Positions 27,128 to 39,772 of a stretch of DNA of 64,000 nucleotides are shown piece after piece. The stretch covers positions 82,708,001 through 82,772,000 of the forward strand of contig NC_043005.1 in NCBI RefSeq assembly GCF_006345805.1, in the 5' to 3' direction. The notes under the pieces were generated by a model. It made no database searches. It was not told the DNA's origin and worked only from the letters and a program-made list of their open reading frames with translations. Every line of letters starts with the position of its first letter. Position 1 is the stretch's first letter. The stretch is from Octopus sinensis. Taxonomy: Eukaryota. Position numbers and translations under genes: made by a program.

Positions 27128-27565
27128 CGACAAACTAAACAACAAACTGAAGCGATTTAACATTCCCTCTTCATCTTGGAAAACAAAGCATCAGGACGCA
27201 GGACCTAGCGCCAATCATGCTTCTCCTCAGTTCAAAAATTTGAGCAAGTCGACTCAAGCATCGCGGCCAACTTGGTGCAAGCATGAAAGCACACTGACAA
27301 AATGTTGCTCCTCTAAATGAAATCCTAACCTGTGATTGTGGTTTTAAGGCACGGAACAAAGCCGGCCAGGCCAACCACACAAGGAAACACGTTGCAAATG
27401 ATTTACAAGCACTCGAACAAACTGTGTCCTTAACTCGTTCCATTCGCCAGAAGGTTTGCAAGGTACCAACAGGCCTCAAGAGACACATTTGTGTCCATAG
27501 AGCATGATTACCGCTTTATATTACTGAACACTCATTTGTCGTTCACGATGCGAGATTCCATCATA
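27128..27565 (+). mobile_element. RTE-clade LINE 3' end with C-terminal C2H2-like zinc fingers
   Basis: DKLNNKLKRFNIPSSSWKT..ASGRRT*RQSCFSSVQKFEQ..LTCDCGFKARNKAGQANHTRKH..TRSIRQKVCKVPTGLKRHICVHRA* (stop at 27505-27507). Short 3' UTR ending CCATCAT. Confidence 0.75.
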
Positions 27566-27850
27566 TATATTAAGAAGTTCAAAATGCACCGGGATCTGTT
27601 TCGATTTTCTTATATTTAAACTTTTAAAGACTTAACCGGTTCCACAAAATTCTCTGACTATCAAAAGCTGAGGCAGAAAGACGTGTAGTTATGCTGCAAC
27701 TGCCTTCCTTCTGACTGGAGTTCAAAAATTCTAAGAGAGAACACGGCTCAAATTTATATGTTTTTTTTTATTTATGTTTTGATTGTCCAACGATGATTGC
27801 GTGATTACGTTTAGAAGTCTCTCGCTACTTCCGTTCTCTAACATATGTGA

Positions 27851-28247
27851 GGCGCAGAAGTGGCTGTGTGGTAAGTAGCTTGTTTACAACCACATGGTTC
27901 AGGGTTCAGTCCCACTGCGTGGCACCTTGGGCTTCTTCTACTGTAGCCTCCGGCCGACCAGAGTCCTGTGAGTGGATTTGGTAGACGGAAACTGAAAGAA
28001 GCCCGTCGTATATATGTACATATATGTATGTGCGTGTATGTTTGTGTGTCTGCGTTTGTCCCCCTAGCATTGCTTGACAACCGATGCTGGTGTGTTTATA
28101 TCCTCGTCACTTAGCGGTTCGCCAAAAGAGACCGATAGAATAAGTACTGGGCTTACAAAGAATAAGTCCCGGGGTCGAGTTGCTCGATTAAAGGCGATGC
28201 ACCAGCATGGCCGCAGTCAAAATGACTGAAACCAGTAAAAAGAGAGA
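27851..28247 (+). mobile_element. SINE family A, full length
   Basis: GGCGCAGAAGTGGCTGTGTGGTAAG..GGTTCAGTCCC..GGCCGCAGTCAAAATGACTGAAAC. Confidence 0.92.
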
Positions 28248-28579
28248 TATGTTTATCACCGAAAGTTAAGCTGTCACGGTTGAGTGAACAAGTTTAGTGA
28301 CAATCCCAAACAAGACTGTTTGAATTTTATCTGTCAAATGTGGTACTTGAAAGTCACGTGATTAGCTTTAGAAATTTTTGCAGATTCCCCGTTAAAACCA
28401 TGCGTTAATATCATGTCACTATATTTTTGCCGCCGAAAATTAAGGGTGACACGTTAGAGTAAATATGTATAGTGCCAGTCTCAAAATAAGGGCGTCTAAA
28501 TTTAATCTGTCGAGTGAAGAGTGGACAGGAGTTCTATGTAGCCCAGTGGCTGAATAGTTATGGTTTGTGTATATATATA

Positions 28580-28782
28580 TAGGGAGAATTCACGAAAAAA
28601 AAACACAAGACGAAGACAGGTGGTGTAGAAAACAAACAAATGTATTAGTATAACACTCGGGAATTGAAAAAGTCTTTTACGTTTCGAGCCTACGCTCTTC
28701 CACAGAAAGGAATACACAAAGAAACTAGGAGAGAGAAAAAAGAGAAAGGAGCGAAAAAAGAGATAAGAAATGAGAGAAAAAG

Positions 28783-28783
<1 letters not shown>
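28580..28783 (-). mobile_element. About 200-bp pLTR-like repeat, same family as 12414-12620
   Basis: Shares AAGACGAAGRCAGGTGG..ACAAACAAA..GTCTTTTACGTTTCGAGCCTACGCTCTTC. Confidence 0.7.
28674..28709 (-). ncRNA. Minimal type-I hammerhead-like motif with A6U core variant
   Basis: CUUU-CUGUGGA-A-GAGC GUAG GCUC-GAAAC-GUA-AAAG. Confidence 0.58.
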
Positions 28784-28859
<76 letters not shown>

Positions 28860-28886
28860 TGTGTGTGTGGTGTGTGTGTGGGTGTG

Positions 28887-28917
<31 letters not shown>

Positions 28918-29044
28918 TATAATTATATATATGTATGTACACACACACGCGCACACATTACTATTTCTCATAGCAATATATTTTGTCGCAATGTGTGTTC
29001 CATTCAAAAAGGGTATTTGAAAATGTTCTTGAATATTAATAGAC

Positions 29045-29107
<63 letters not shown>

Positions 29108-30411
29108 GAAAGAAAGAAAGGAAGGAAGAATGGAAGAAAGAATATGCTAAAGGACCAAAAAATCTTGATGTTTTATAAGGAATCCATTTTTTGCATATTT
29201 TCAAATATAGAAGGAATTACTTTACAATATATACACACATATATACACACATACATACGCACACAATATACATGTATGTGTGCGTGTGTATAGATAGATA
29301 GATACATACATACATACATGCATACATACATACGTAGGTAGGTAGGTAGGTAGGTACATAGATGGATAGATGATACAGACACAGACAGGGAGAGAAATCG
29401 ATGTATAGGTGATGTTTGTGTCAGTGAAAGTTTATATATATATACCTACATATGTATGAATGTAGGTGCGTGTATAAGTCAGATACGAAATACATATTGC
29501 GTATGAGGTGGCATCTGTAATCATAGAGCAATTCGTTTCTTAATTGGCCGCATATGGATTCGTCCTGTGAAGCTGGATCACATGTGGAAGCTACTTGCAT
29601 ATAAAGTAATAGTGTAAGAAATATATGTAACTATATATATATATATATATATATACATAGATACACAGATAGATATACCATATATATATATATACACGCA
29701 TATGTATGTAGATATACATATACACATATATATATTATATATATATATTATATATATATATATATATAATATATATATTTATATATGTATGTATATATAT
29801 ATACACACACACACCATACATACATAAATACAATACATACATTACATACATACATACGTACGTAAACATACATACATACATACATAAATACATACATACA
29901 CACATACACTCATACATGTGTATTTCGGGTATATGCATATTTTGTGAACTATTGAACGACAGCGAGCAAGGAATACAAAAAAAGAGACAGAAAGTCAAAG
30001 TCAGAAATATGAACTGAATGCGCATTTCTCTTATTTTTTATGTGCTTCTTTATAGTTTTTGTCGATCTCTGAGTGACAGGAGTCACTATTCTTATGCATG
30101 TATTAATTCTTATTTAGATTTATAAATAAATATCCTTTTCTTGTGTATGTGTGTGTGTGTGTGCGTATTCATAAATACACACATACGTACATCATTTTGT
30201 ATTAATATATTTTCACAATGTCTTCCATCCATGTGCCGGAACATGCGTTTCAATGGGGAAAATGTAAAATCCTAACGCCATTTGCATTTATTTAATTATG
30301 CTGGTGTTAAAAGAATTCCTGTTGAAATCGTTACGGAAAAGAAGAAATGGAATTTAGTTGATAAATTCTTTGAAGTAAAATGCACACACAAACACACACA
30401 CATATATAATA

Positions 30412-30444
<33 letters not shown>

Positions 30445-30487
30445 ATAATATATACCCTTATATATATACACGTATGTATATACATAC

Positions 30488-30523
<36 letters not shown>

Positions 30524-30542
30524 GCAAGATATCCAGAGGTAA

Positions 30543-30629
30543 TGCAGTACGATCGTTTCATGCAACTCCATTTAATTGAACAATGCAATCATTAAATCAA
30601 TTTAAAATGCAGACCAAGCTTCAGCTGCA
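30543..30629 (-). ncRNA. Degenerate hammerhead motif in the PLE terminus
   Basis: UGCAG-CUGAAGC-(long stem II region)-GAAAC GAUC GUA-CUGCA. Perfect 5-bp stem I, palindrome ACGAUCGU, A9C substitution. Confidence 0.6.
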
Positions 30630-30871
30630 GAAAGACATAGAATATAATTAAATTACAACAGATGGACACATTAGTATAATTATACCTAAAATCTCCCAAA
30701 AGTTAAGGAGATAACAAAGAACATGCTGTCTCACTCCAATTTAGATATATATGTATATAAATAACAGAAAAGGGGAATTTCGATTATCCCCACGTGGTGA
30801 GTTGTAATGTACATAAGAAATTAAAAAAAGGAACATACGCACACTAACATAGTTTTAATATAATCTTTAAT

Positions 30872-30906
30872 ATATCGACTGGTTTCGCTATCGCTATTCA
30901 TGATAT
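30872..30906 (-). ncRNA. Decayed minimal hammerhead motif in the PLE 3' UTR
   Basis: AUAUC-AUGAAUA-GC GAUA GC-GAAAC CA GUC-GAUAU. Stem I 5 bp; two core substitutions. Confidence 0.45.
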
Positions 30907-31481
30907 TATGTTTTACTTATTTGAATATATATTCTTTCTTAAGAAGAAATTTTGTCCATGTTGTGTGTGATGAAATTCACGAGCTAATGAATTCACAAGT
31001 AGATAAATAAAGGGGGGTAATCTGTTGTCGTTATTATTGTTATTGTTGTGGGTAAGGGAGATAACTGTTCAGCTTTCGGTAATGGGAGGGGAATATCTAT
31101 GTGTACAGAGAGAGACAAGTTTCAAAAACCTTGTTTAGTACAGTGATGTAATCGTGAATTGAAATATGTAAAAAGATAAAAGTTGGTTATGTGTGCATAT
31201 TAACACGTGTTTTGTATTTTTCAATGAAAAATGTTTATTTTATTTAAACATTCTAGTTGAGAGATTGTGTCTTTGCACTGGTAGAAAGGGAAGACTGTGA
31301 AATTTGGTTTGATGATACCTGCACTTTTTTCTATATGTTCACTGAGAGGAACTTGTCTGTATTGCGGGAAAGGACTTGCTCTTTATGTAGAGTGGTTCTT
31401 TTGTTCAAGGTCATACTTGTTTGTCCAATATAGTGGTGTCCGCAACCCGAGCACGTTATTACATAATTTAGGTTCTCAGGG

Positions 31482-31554
<73 letters not shown>

Positions 31555-31587
31555 ATATATATAATATATATATAAGTATATACATAG

Positions 31588-32448
31588 ACGTGGTCGTCAA
31601 TAGGTATTAGGAATTGTCAGTGTAACATAGAGAAAACACGTAGAGTGAAGCCGCTTGGCACAGATTGACCTTGAACTCTGTTCTGTATGCGCCTTAAGCT
31701 TTAACGTCCTACCTCAATTCCGCTGTTTACAGCACTGCTTGGAATGAAATGATCGTGTGATCGTCGCATTGACCTTGACAGATAATGTTGAGCAGATTAT
31801 CTCCATCAAATTTTGCCAAAAGCTTGGTGATACAGTTCAGAAGCCTGCGAAAAATTTTCCGAAAGCTTACATCGTTCTCGACACAATCAATAAGAGTTTG
31901 TACAACTGAAAGCCGAGTCAGTTGAAACCAGTTTTGGCATAAACTGAGCAGACACGTGTCACGCGTCTCATACCCAAATCTTCGGTTATAATGGACTAAA
32001 CTGAACCGTAACTAATCTGCACATATTCTGATAACTCACGGATTGTGATTCAGTGATTTCCCCTCACAGCTGCACGCACATCTGTGATATTATTCTCAGT
32101 TCTGGTGGTTGCAGGTGTCCCAGAACGTTCGTCAATATCGACAGATTTTCGGCCATCTTGGAAACCTCTGAATCACAGGTACACTTGTGTGCAGCTCATA
32201 CACTTCTTGTAATTTTGCGTAGGTCTCTAAGAAGGTATCCCCATGACAGCTTTCTCTGTCGTGGTCAATGCGACGATCACACGCTAAACACCTTCCTTCC
32301 AAGCACTGCTGTAAACAGTGGAAGTGAGCTTGAAAGGTTAAATCTTAGTGCGGAGGCACCGCAGAGTTCAAGGTCAATCTTTGCTAAGCGGCTTCACTCT
32401 GCGTTCTTTAGCTTCGTTACTATGGATATTTATTGGCCGGAGCTCGTA
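31588..32448. mobile_element. Two mariner 5' ends in convergent orientation
   Basis: Inverted arms of about 145 bp (31638-31783 and 32256-32405). The left copy continues EQ..IKFCQKLGDT (+). The right copy (-) encodes GDTFLETYAKLQEVY..FQDGRKSVDIDERSGTPATTRTENNITDVRAAVRGNH*ITIRELSEYVQISYGSV*SIITEDLGMRRV (mariner HTH). TIR-like TACGAG.. at 32448. Confidence 0.85.
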
Positions 32449-32457
32449 TATATACAT

Positions 32458-32572
<115 letters not shown>

Positions 32573-32749
32573 TTTATATATATATATACTTACATACATG
32601 CACACATATATTTATACAGATGGAGAGGGGCAGGAATGAGAGAGAGAGAGAGAGAGAGATGGAAAGAGGTAGGAAACGAAAGAGAAAAGCGATGAAGGAT
32701 ATAAAAAACTAATAAAACAGGAGATGTAAGATTAGCAAAAACGCTATTA

Positions 32750-33940
32750 GCGTAACACTTTAATGGGAAAAGAAAGACTTATCCTTTCGGATTTAATTTC
32801 TTTACCTGAAGACATAGAAGTCAGATAGAGTGAGAAAGAGTAATTGTCAGTGAGAGCAGAAGAATATTCCGGTGAAGGAGTTTGGAATGTAGTGCGAGTG
32901 CGGTTCACTCTGGGAGAAATCAGGGAAGAATTTGGAAGGGAGTGCAATTCCATGTTTGGGAGAGTCTTGAAGCGGACATATCTGTGAGGTATTTATGTGA
33001 ATTTGTAGGATGCGTATATTTATGTAGGAGTGAGTAATTGCAGAAGTACATTGGGGTAAGTTAGTAGAATGTGTGGTGTGGGATGGAATAGGTGTATGTG
33101 TGCGTGAAGAGGGTATGTGTGGAAGCAGGTTAGAGCGAATGAGTGTGAGGCAAATCGTAAGTTGTGAGGAATGTGGAATGGTGCTAGGTGTGTATACAAG
33201 ACTATCAGTATGAATCTCTTTTACACGATAATAATTTGAGCTAAAATAAGAGGAAATTGAAAGGGTAGTTAAGTGTTACGTGAGAGACGAAATGACAAGG
33301 AATAAATTAATGGATATTATTTAAATATTAGAAAGCACTGTGAAGAAATTTGATAGAGCTTCCAAAGGATGATAAGTAACCAATGTGAAACCAAAAGCGG
33401 AAATAGAAGCCAAAAGCTAAAATAGTTGTTGAGGGACATAAGAAGGGGGAATTTGTATCAGACGTGTGTGAAAGTGAATGAGTGCGAAGCGTGTTTTGAA
33501 GGAGGGAAAGTTGTAACTAAAATAAGCAGAGGAGGTGTAACATATATAGGAGTAGCGAAGCCAATAACAATAGAATTTACTAGAAAACAACGAAGGCTCT
33601 ACATAACAAAGTGCTAGATACAGCGGAAGAAGTTACTGTATCTTTCTGCTAAAGGTCCACGAACAAATCCTTGTGTAGAAAGAAGCCATGGTCCCCTTGC
33701 TTCCTAATGTAAGCATTCCATCGTATTGTGAAAATTGATTTCAAATGGAAATTGGGGAAGAGCCGCAAAATGTCTAACGTGTTGTACACCAAACCAAGAT
33801 ACTATACCCAACCAACATTCCTGGAAAATATGACTGAATAGAAGTAATGCGAATATTAAAATACCTATGTTTGGCCTCCTCCAAACATAATCTGTATGAA
33901 ACCAATCATCACTGGGGAGAAGGTTTATTTCCATGGACAT
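32750..33940 (-). mobile_element. Possible very old Penelope-like RT remnant
   Basis: QYDGM..LGSKGTMASFYT near 33670-33730 resembles the PLE QxxGxAMGxxMAPxYA motif. The rest is pyrimidine-rich on the minus strand and untranslatable. Confidence 0.3.
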
Positions 33941-34018
33941 TCCGACTCCCTCCCCGCCCCAGATTATATTTATGATTCTTTATGACTTGTAGATTCTGAT
34001 CCTTTCCTTTATATTCTA

Positions 34019-34647
34019 CTAGCAGTATTGCCCGGCTCAACGGGGATTTCAGGGGAGAGTTTCAGGGAGTCGCTGGCGATGTATCGTGATGATCAAAAAT
34101 CCGGCCTGCTAAAATTTGGTTAAAGTGATTCAAACTGCAGACTCAACGCAAAATGGTTAAATTTAATTCAAAGCGTTAAAAATGTTATGAAAACAATTAT
34201 TATGTGTTCACAAAGTCCAAACGATTAATACGAAAGAATCCTCCAGGCTACATCCCGAAAATTCATTTCTTTGTCGAATTTCTACAATGTTTACGGCGAT
34301 TCGTTTTTATATCTTGATTTTTTATTTTTCACGCAATTTACGCGTACTTGCTCGGTTGGTGAACAGAGTTCACGTCAAACAGCTGACTGAGTAAAGTTCG
34401 CCATTCAATGCATGGGATAAGGCCTAAACAAACACATTATCGATTTTTGCACTTGCGAGATGAATTTCGGAACAGAAGTAGCGCAGTTCAATTTTCATTC
34501 GCCTAAACTTTAAGTGACCCATTTTTGGTGGTTCTACGATTTGTTGGCTAGGAGGAGATGTGCCGAGAGGTAAAACACACAGACACACACACATATACAC
34601 ACACAGATACACACACAGACACACAAGTTGAGTTTTATATATAGAGA
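34019..34647 (-). mobile_element. Non-autonomous Helitron, complete
   Basis: Minus strand A|TCTCTATATATAAAACTCAAC...CCCG TTGAGC CGGG CAATACTG CTAG|T: 5'-TC, 3' hairpin plus CTAG, A/T insertion site, no TSD. A second copy lies at 62250-62864. Confidence 0.85.
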
Positions 34648-35273
34648 TTTATAATTGTGAATATATTCACTTATGAAAGGTATATTTTCACTGACATTTA
34701 GATTTTTCCCCCTACCCCTTTGTTTTAGACTCAGATCGTATTTATGATTTTTCTTAAAGTAATTCATATCATATCTGTAATTGAAAAACACTTTCCTTCA
34801 CTTAAACGTTTTTAGATTGTATTTAAATCATAACTATACTTACTTAGAACTCAGTCTTTCAAACACATAGCCATACACGGCTAAATCAAGAACATATGGA
34901 ATTTTAATCCAAAAATTTAACCACATCCATACAACCAATCTCTCTCCCTTACGTTAATGAGTACAAAAGAATTTAAAATATACAAGACCATGAAATGTAA
35001 TTATAATTCTTACTGGAGAAAATCAAAAACAACATCTGGTTTTCCAATTGAAAACTTTAACCACTTGAATGCAAAAATTCCTTTGCTCACCACCCTGAAG
35101 GTCACTAAGTGGAAAGAAACAACAAATTGAATTCTAAACAAACAAGTCTGACCACAATCATGCAAAAGCCACGCCTCCTTTACCTCTCTCTCAAGTTTAT
35201 TTCTTTTTCTTTTCCCTCCCTTCGCAAACCCCAAAGCACACTCCTGCCATCTTTTCTCTTCTCTATCTCCACT

Positions 35274-35334
<61 letters not shown>

Positions 35335-35528
35335 TCTCTCCCTTTCTAAAACATCATCAGTTTCAATTTTATATAGAAAAGCGAAACAAACTACTGTAAA
35401 CCACTTTTGTGATAAATCCGACAACGGAAGAACGGCTAAAAATCTAGATAAAAATATAATCATCCAACATTCTGACTACCTTGATATTCTCTCTTTATAC
35501 ATATGCGTATATGCACATTCATATACAA

Positions 35529-35559
<31 letters not shown>

Positions 35560-35930
35560 TGTATGTATGTATGTATGTATGTATGTATGTATGTATGTAT
35601 GTATGTATGTATGTATGTATGTATGTATGTATGTATGTATATAAGTATGTATGGAATCAGAACAGAAGAAGATTTTTAAAAACAGAACAATTCAAATACA
35701 AGAGTCAGTGAGAGGTCATAACTTCGATCACCTATACTGCTAGACATAACACACATCCTCAATTCTTTCTTTCACAAATTACCTGTTATTCTCTTGAAAA
35801 CGAAAACTCTAAAGTATTCTTAAACTTGAAACGAAAGAATTATGGTCACAGCTGTGGCCATTATCACATCTGATCGTTAACCAAGAGAAAAAAGCAACAA
35901 ATATTCGATAAAATATACATTACAGCTTAA

Positions 35931-36140
35931 GGCGGCGAGCTGGCAGAATCGTCACGACGCCGGAAAAATTGTTTAACGATATTTTATTCCGACTTTACGT
36001 TCTACGCTAAAGTGTACCCGAAGTCAAGTTTATCTTTCATTATTTTGGGATTGATGAAATATGTACTAGTTGAGCACTGGAGTCGATGCGATAAAATTTA
36101 CCCCTTCCCCGAAACTTCTGGCCTTGGTCCGAAATTTGAA
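35931..36140 (+). mobile_element. SINE family B (Meta-type), older copy with a different 3' tail
   Basis: GGCGGCGAGCTGGCAGAATCG..TCTTTCATTATTTTGGGATTGATGAAATATGTACTAGTTGAGCACTGGAGTCGAT, then CCCCTTCCCCGAAACTTCTGGCCTTGGTCCGAAATTTGAA. Confidence 0.75.
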
Positions 36141-36150
36141 AATTTGAAAA

Positions 36151-36578
36151 GGCGCAGGAGTGGCTGTATGGTAAGTAGCTTGCTTCCCAACCACATGGTT
36201 CCGGGTTCAGTCCCACTGCGTGGCACTTTGCGCAAATGTATTCTACTATAGCCTCGGACTGACCAAAGCCTTGTGAGTGGAGTTGGTAGACGGAAACTGA
36301 AAGAAGCACGTCGTACATATATATATATGCGTGTGTGTGTGCGTGTGTGTGTGTTTGTTAGTGCGTCTGCGTTTGTCCCTCTCCCAAACATCGCTTGACA
36401 ACCGACGCTGGTGTGTTTACGTCCCAGTCACTTTGCGGTTAGGCAAGAGAATAAGTACTAAGCTTACAAAGAATACGTCCTGGAGTCGATTTGCTCGACT
36501 AAAGGCGGTGCTCCAGCATAGCCGCAGTCAAATGACTGAAACAAATAAAAGAAAGTAAAATAAAGTAAAAATAAAAGT
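36151..36578 (+). mobile_element. SINE family A, full length
   Basis: Same head and tail as the other family A copies; A-rich (TAAAA) tail. Confidence 0.92.
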
Positions 36579-36881
36579 CTCCGATTATTAGTTAAATCAC
36601 TGCAAATTTTTCCAGTTTCCTTACAATTTTACTTCTTTAATATTTAGAGCGTTAATATAAGAATTCTCTTCGGTTTGAAGCCTATATCAGAAGTATCGGT
36701 CATAGGTGAGAACACTGAATACTTAAGAGAATGAATGCGGAATTTGCTGACATATTTTCTAAAATAGACTTTGATTATTTAGACTGTGTATTCGATCTTA
36801 AAGTACTGACGTGAGTCATATTCACAAAATTTGATGAAAGAAAGGTAATAAGATGATTAATATTATTGCTATAATAATATT

Positions 36882-37100
36882 AAGAAGAAGAAGAAAAAGA
36901 AAAAGAAGAAGAAGAAGAAGAAGAAGAAGAAGAAGAAGAAGAAAAAGTAGAAGAAGAAGGAGAAGAAGAAGAAACAGAAGAAGAAAAAGAAGAAGAAGAA
37001 GAAGAAGAAGAAAAAGAAGAAGAAGAAAAAGAAGAAGAAGAAGAAGAAGAAGAAGAAGAAGAAAAAGATGATGAAGAAGAAGAAGAAGAAGAAGAAGAGA
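36882..37100. repeat. (AAG)n trinucleotide tract
   Basis: Seen directly; it explains the poly-R, poly-F, poly-S and poly-L ORFs. Confidence 0.97.
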
Positions 37101-37567
37101 AATGATGGTGGTGGTGGTGATGATGGAACGGGGGTTTTGAGGAGGAAGACAGGAGCAACGACGGCTTCGACGACGGCGACGTGAAAGGAGAATTGCTTGT
37201 TTGTGAGAAAGTGTGCCAATATATCCGAGAGGTAATGGCAAAAGCAAAGACTTTCCAAGAAACGGTCTCTTACTATCAGTACATATAATATTGGAGTTGA
37301 TTGAAAATGAACATGATTTACAATATATATGCAATGAATAAATAATAGCGAGGGGACATTACGGATGACATAGTAGTGAATATCATGTTTCATCAGGCAG
37401 CAACGAGAAAGGCAACGTTACAAAATATTAATAAATCACAATTCGGTGATAATTCTCGTGTTCCCAATCGTATAAATATGCAAATATTCATATGGCTCTA
37501 GATATAGGTTAACTACATGAAATATAATAATGTGTGGACACTCGAATTATAAACATTACACTCAAGC

Positions 37568-37606
<39 letters not shown>

Positions 37607-37720
37607 CATATATATATACGTTTAAATATTTGTTGTGCAAGATTTTTTATGCTAAACTGGCAAAATGACAATTCCGAAATATAAAAATATATATTATATA
37701 TATATATATATATATAATAT

Positions 37721-38703
37721 ACTGGGACCACTACTGTTCGTAGTGACTCCGTCAGACATGCCCTCAGTCGTAGCCACCCAAGATACAAAGGTGCATCAGG
37801 TAATCAAGTACCCTGATGACATAGCAAAAACTGCAAAATGACCTGCATGCAATATACATAGAGTGTTGAAACTTATCAGTTCCAAGCACTCCTCTATCGG
37901 CCCACAAACAGACTACAATCTGGATACATAGGACCAAGCGGCAGTGCAATACCAGAGTATTGATAGAAAGATATGTTACCTGGGAATTTGCATGAGTAGT
38001 GATGCAACATTCCATGTGCATATTGCCAGGATGGTAAAACTGTGCAGGCGAGTAGCTGGATGGGTCCTTAGATCATTCAGAACAAATAAAGATGCTTTGC
38101 TACTCCTATGGAGGATATTTGTCCCCAGCCGTCTGGATTCCTGCTCCCAACTTGGTCACCGCAGAGCGTCGAATTGGTGCAGAATTGAGGTAATCTAGCA
38201 CCAATACCCAAAGAAGATTGACTCGGTGAAACAGATGAGCTACTGGGAGAGAGTACAACAACTGAAACTCTACTCCTTGGAGAGAAGGCGAGAAAGTTAT
38301 GCAGTGAAGTCAGGCTCCCAACTGCGGAATCAAAAGCTATTACATCCGCCGAACTAAACGGCACTGCATACTACCAGAAATACAGTGTTCTTCATCTTAG
38401 ATAAGGACCCAGTATGGCAACAGCCTGGGTTTCAGTGGACCACAACTGCTTAAAATCCTGTCAAGGAATCTAAGAGATCTGCAAGCTTTAGATGTGGAAG
38501 TGTTCAAAAAGCAACTGGTCAAATTTCTATCTGAAATCCCAAATGAATCCACATCGCGGCACAAAGAAGAACACCATCGTCCAATTCGCTTTTTCTTCAT
38601 TATCAAAAACAGTCCTGAAAGGGAACTCCAAAACACTGAAAGACGGTACTCCAACATGGTCCCAGACTCTAGCTGAAACCAATTAAATGATAATAAACTA
38701 GAA

Positions 38704-38708
<5 letters not shown>
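37721..38708 (+). mobile_element. Degenerate CR1-like LINE RT 3' fragment, copy 1 of a tandem pair
   Basis: LGPLLF..LQNDL..YLGICMSSDATFHVHI..GWVLRSFRT..SRLDSCSQL..MSYWERVQQLKLYSLERRRE (CR1-type motifs). Confidence 0.85.
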
Positions 38709-38783
<75 letters not shown>

Positions 38784-38784
38784 A

Positions 38785-39772
38785 ACTGGGACCACTACTG
38801 TTCGTAGTGACTCCGTCAGACATGCCCTCAGTCGTAGCCACCCAAGATACAAAGGTGCATCAGGAATCAAGTACCCTGATGACATAGCAAAAACTGCAAA
38901 ATGACCTGCATGCAATATACATAGAGTGTTGAAACTTATCAGTTCCAAGCACTCCTCTATCGGCCCACAAACAGACTACAATCTGGATACATAGGACCAA
39001 GCGGCGTGCAATACCAAGTATTGATAGAAAGATATGTTACCTGGGAATTTGCATGATTAGTGATGCAACATTCCATGTGCATATTGCCAGATGGTAAAAC
39101 TGTGCAGGCGAGTAGCTGGATAGGTCCTTAGATCATTCAGAACAAATAAAGATGCTTTGCTACTCCTATGGAGGATATTTGTCCCCAGCCGTCTGGATTC
39201 CTGCTCCCAACTTTGGTCACCGCAGAGCGTCGAATTGGTGGCAGAATTTGAGGTAATCTAGCACCAATACACAAAGAAGATTGACTCGGTGAAACAGATG
39301 AGCTACTGGGAGAGAGTACAACAACTGAAACTCTACTCCTTGGAGAGAAGGCGAGAAAGTTATGCAGTGAAGGTCAGGCTCCAAACTGCGGAATCAAAAG
39401 CTATTACATCCGCCGAACTAAACGGCACTGCATACTACCAGAAATACAGTGTTCTTCATCTTAGATAAGGACCCAGTATGGCAACAGCCTGGGTTTCAGT
39501 GGACCACAACTGCTTAAAATCCTGTCAAGGAATCTAAGAGATCTGCAAGCTTTAGATGTGGAAGTGTTCAAAAAGCAACTGGTCAAATTTCTATCTGAAA
39601 TCCCAAATGAATCCACATCGCGGCACAAAGAAGAACACCATCGTCCAATTACGCTTTTTCTTCATTATCAAAAACAGTCCTGAAGGGAACTCCAAAACAC
39701 TGAAAGACGGTACTCCAACATGGTCCCAGACTCTAGCTGAAACAATTAAATGAATAATAAACTAGAAAACAA
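38785..39772 (+). mobile_element. Degenerate CR1-like LINE fragment, copy 2 (near-identical, period about 1064 bp)
   Basis: Matches copy 1 end to end, differing mainly by 1-bp indels. Confidence 0.85.

Larger units (their letters stand above)
30523..31481 (-). mobile_element. Penelope-like element 3' portion: GIY-YIG endonuclease plus pLTR/3' UTR
   Basis: PENLNYVITCSGCGHHYIGQTSMTLNKRTTLHKEQ..PQYRQVPLSEHIEK..KPNFTVFPFYQC..FIEKYKxVLN (31190-31481, frameshifted). The downstream non-coding part has two HHR-like motifs and is homologous to the arms at 58518-59052. Confidence 0.9.

Noticed and set aside
36822-37393. Long poly-L, poly-F and poly-S ORFs
   Set aside because: Products of the (AAG)n tract.
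37812-37840. CTGATGA as a hammerhead core (also at 38876)
   Set aside because: It is part of the CR1 RT coding remnant, with no GAAA/NUH or stems.
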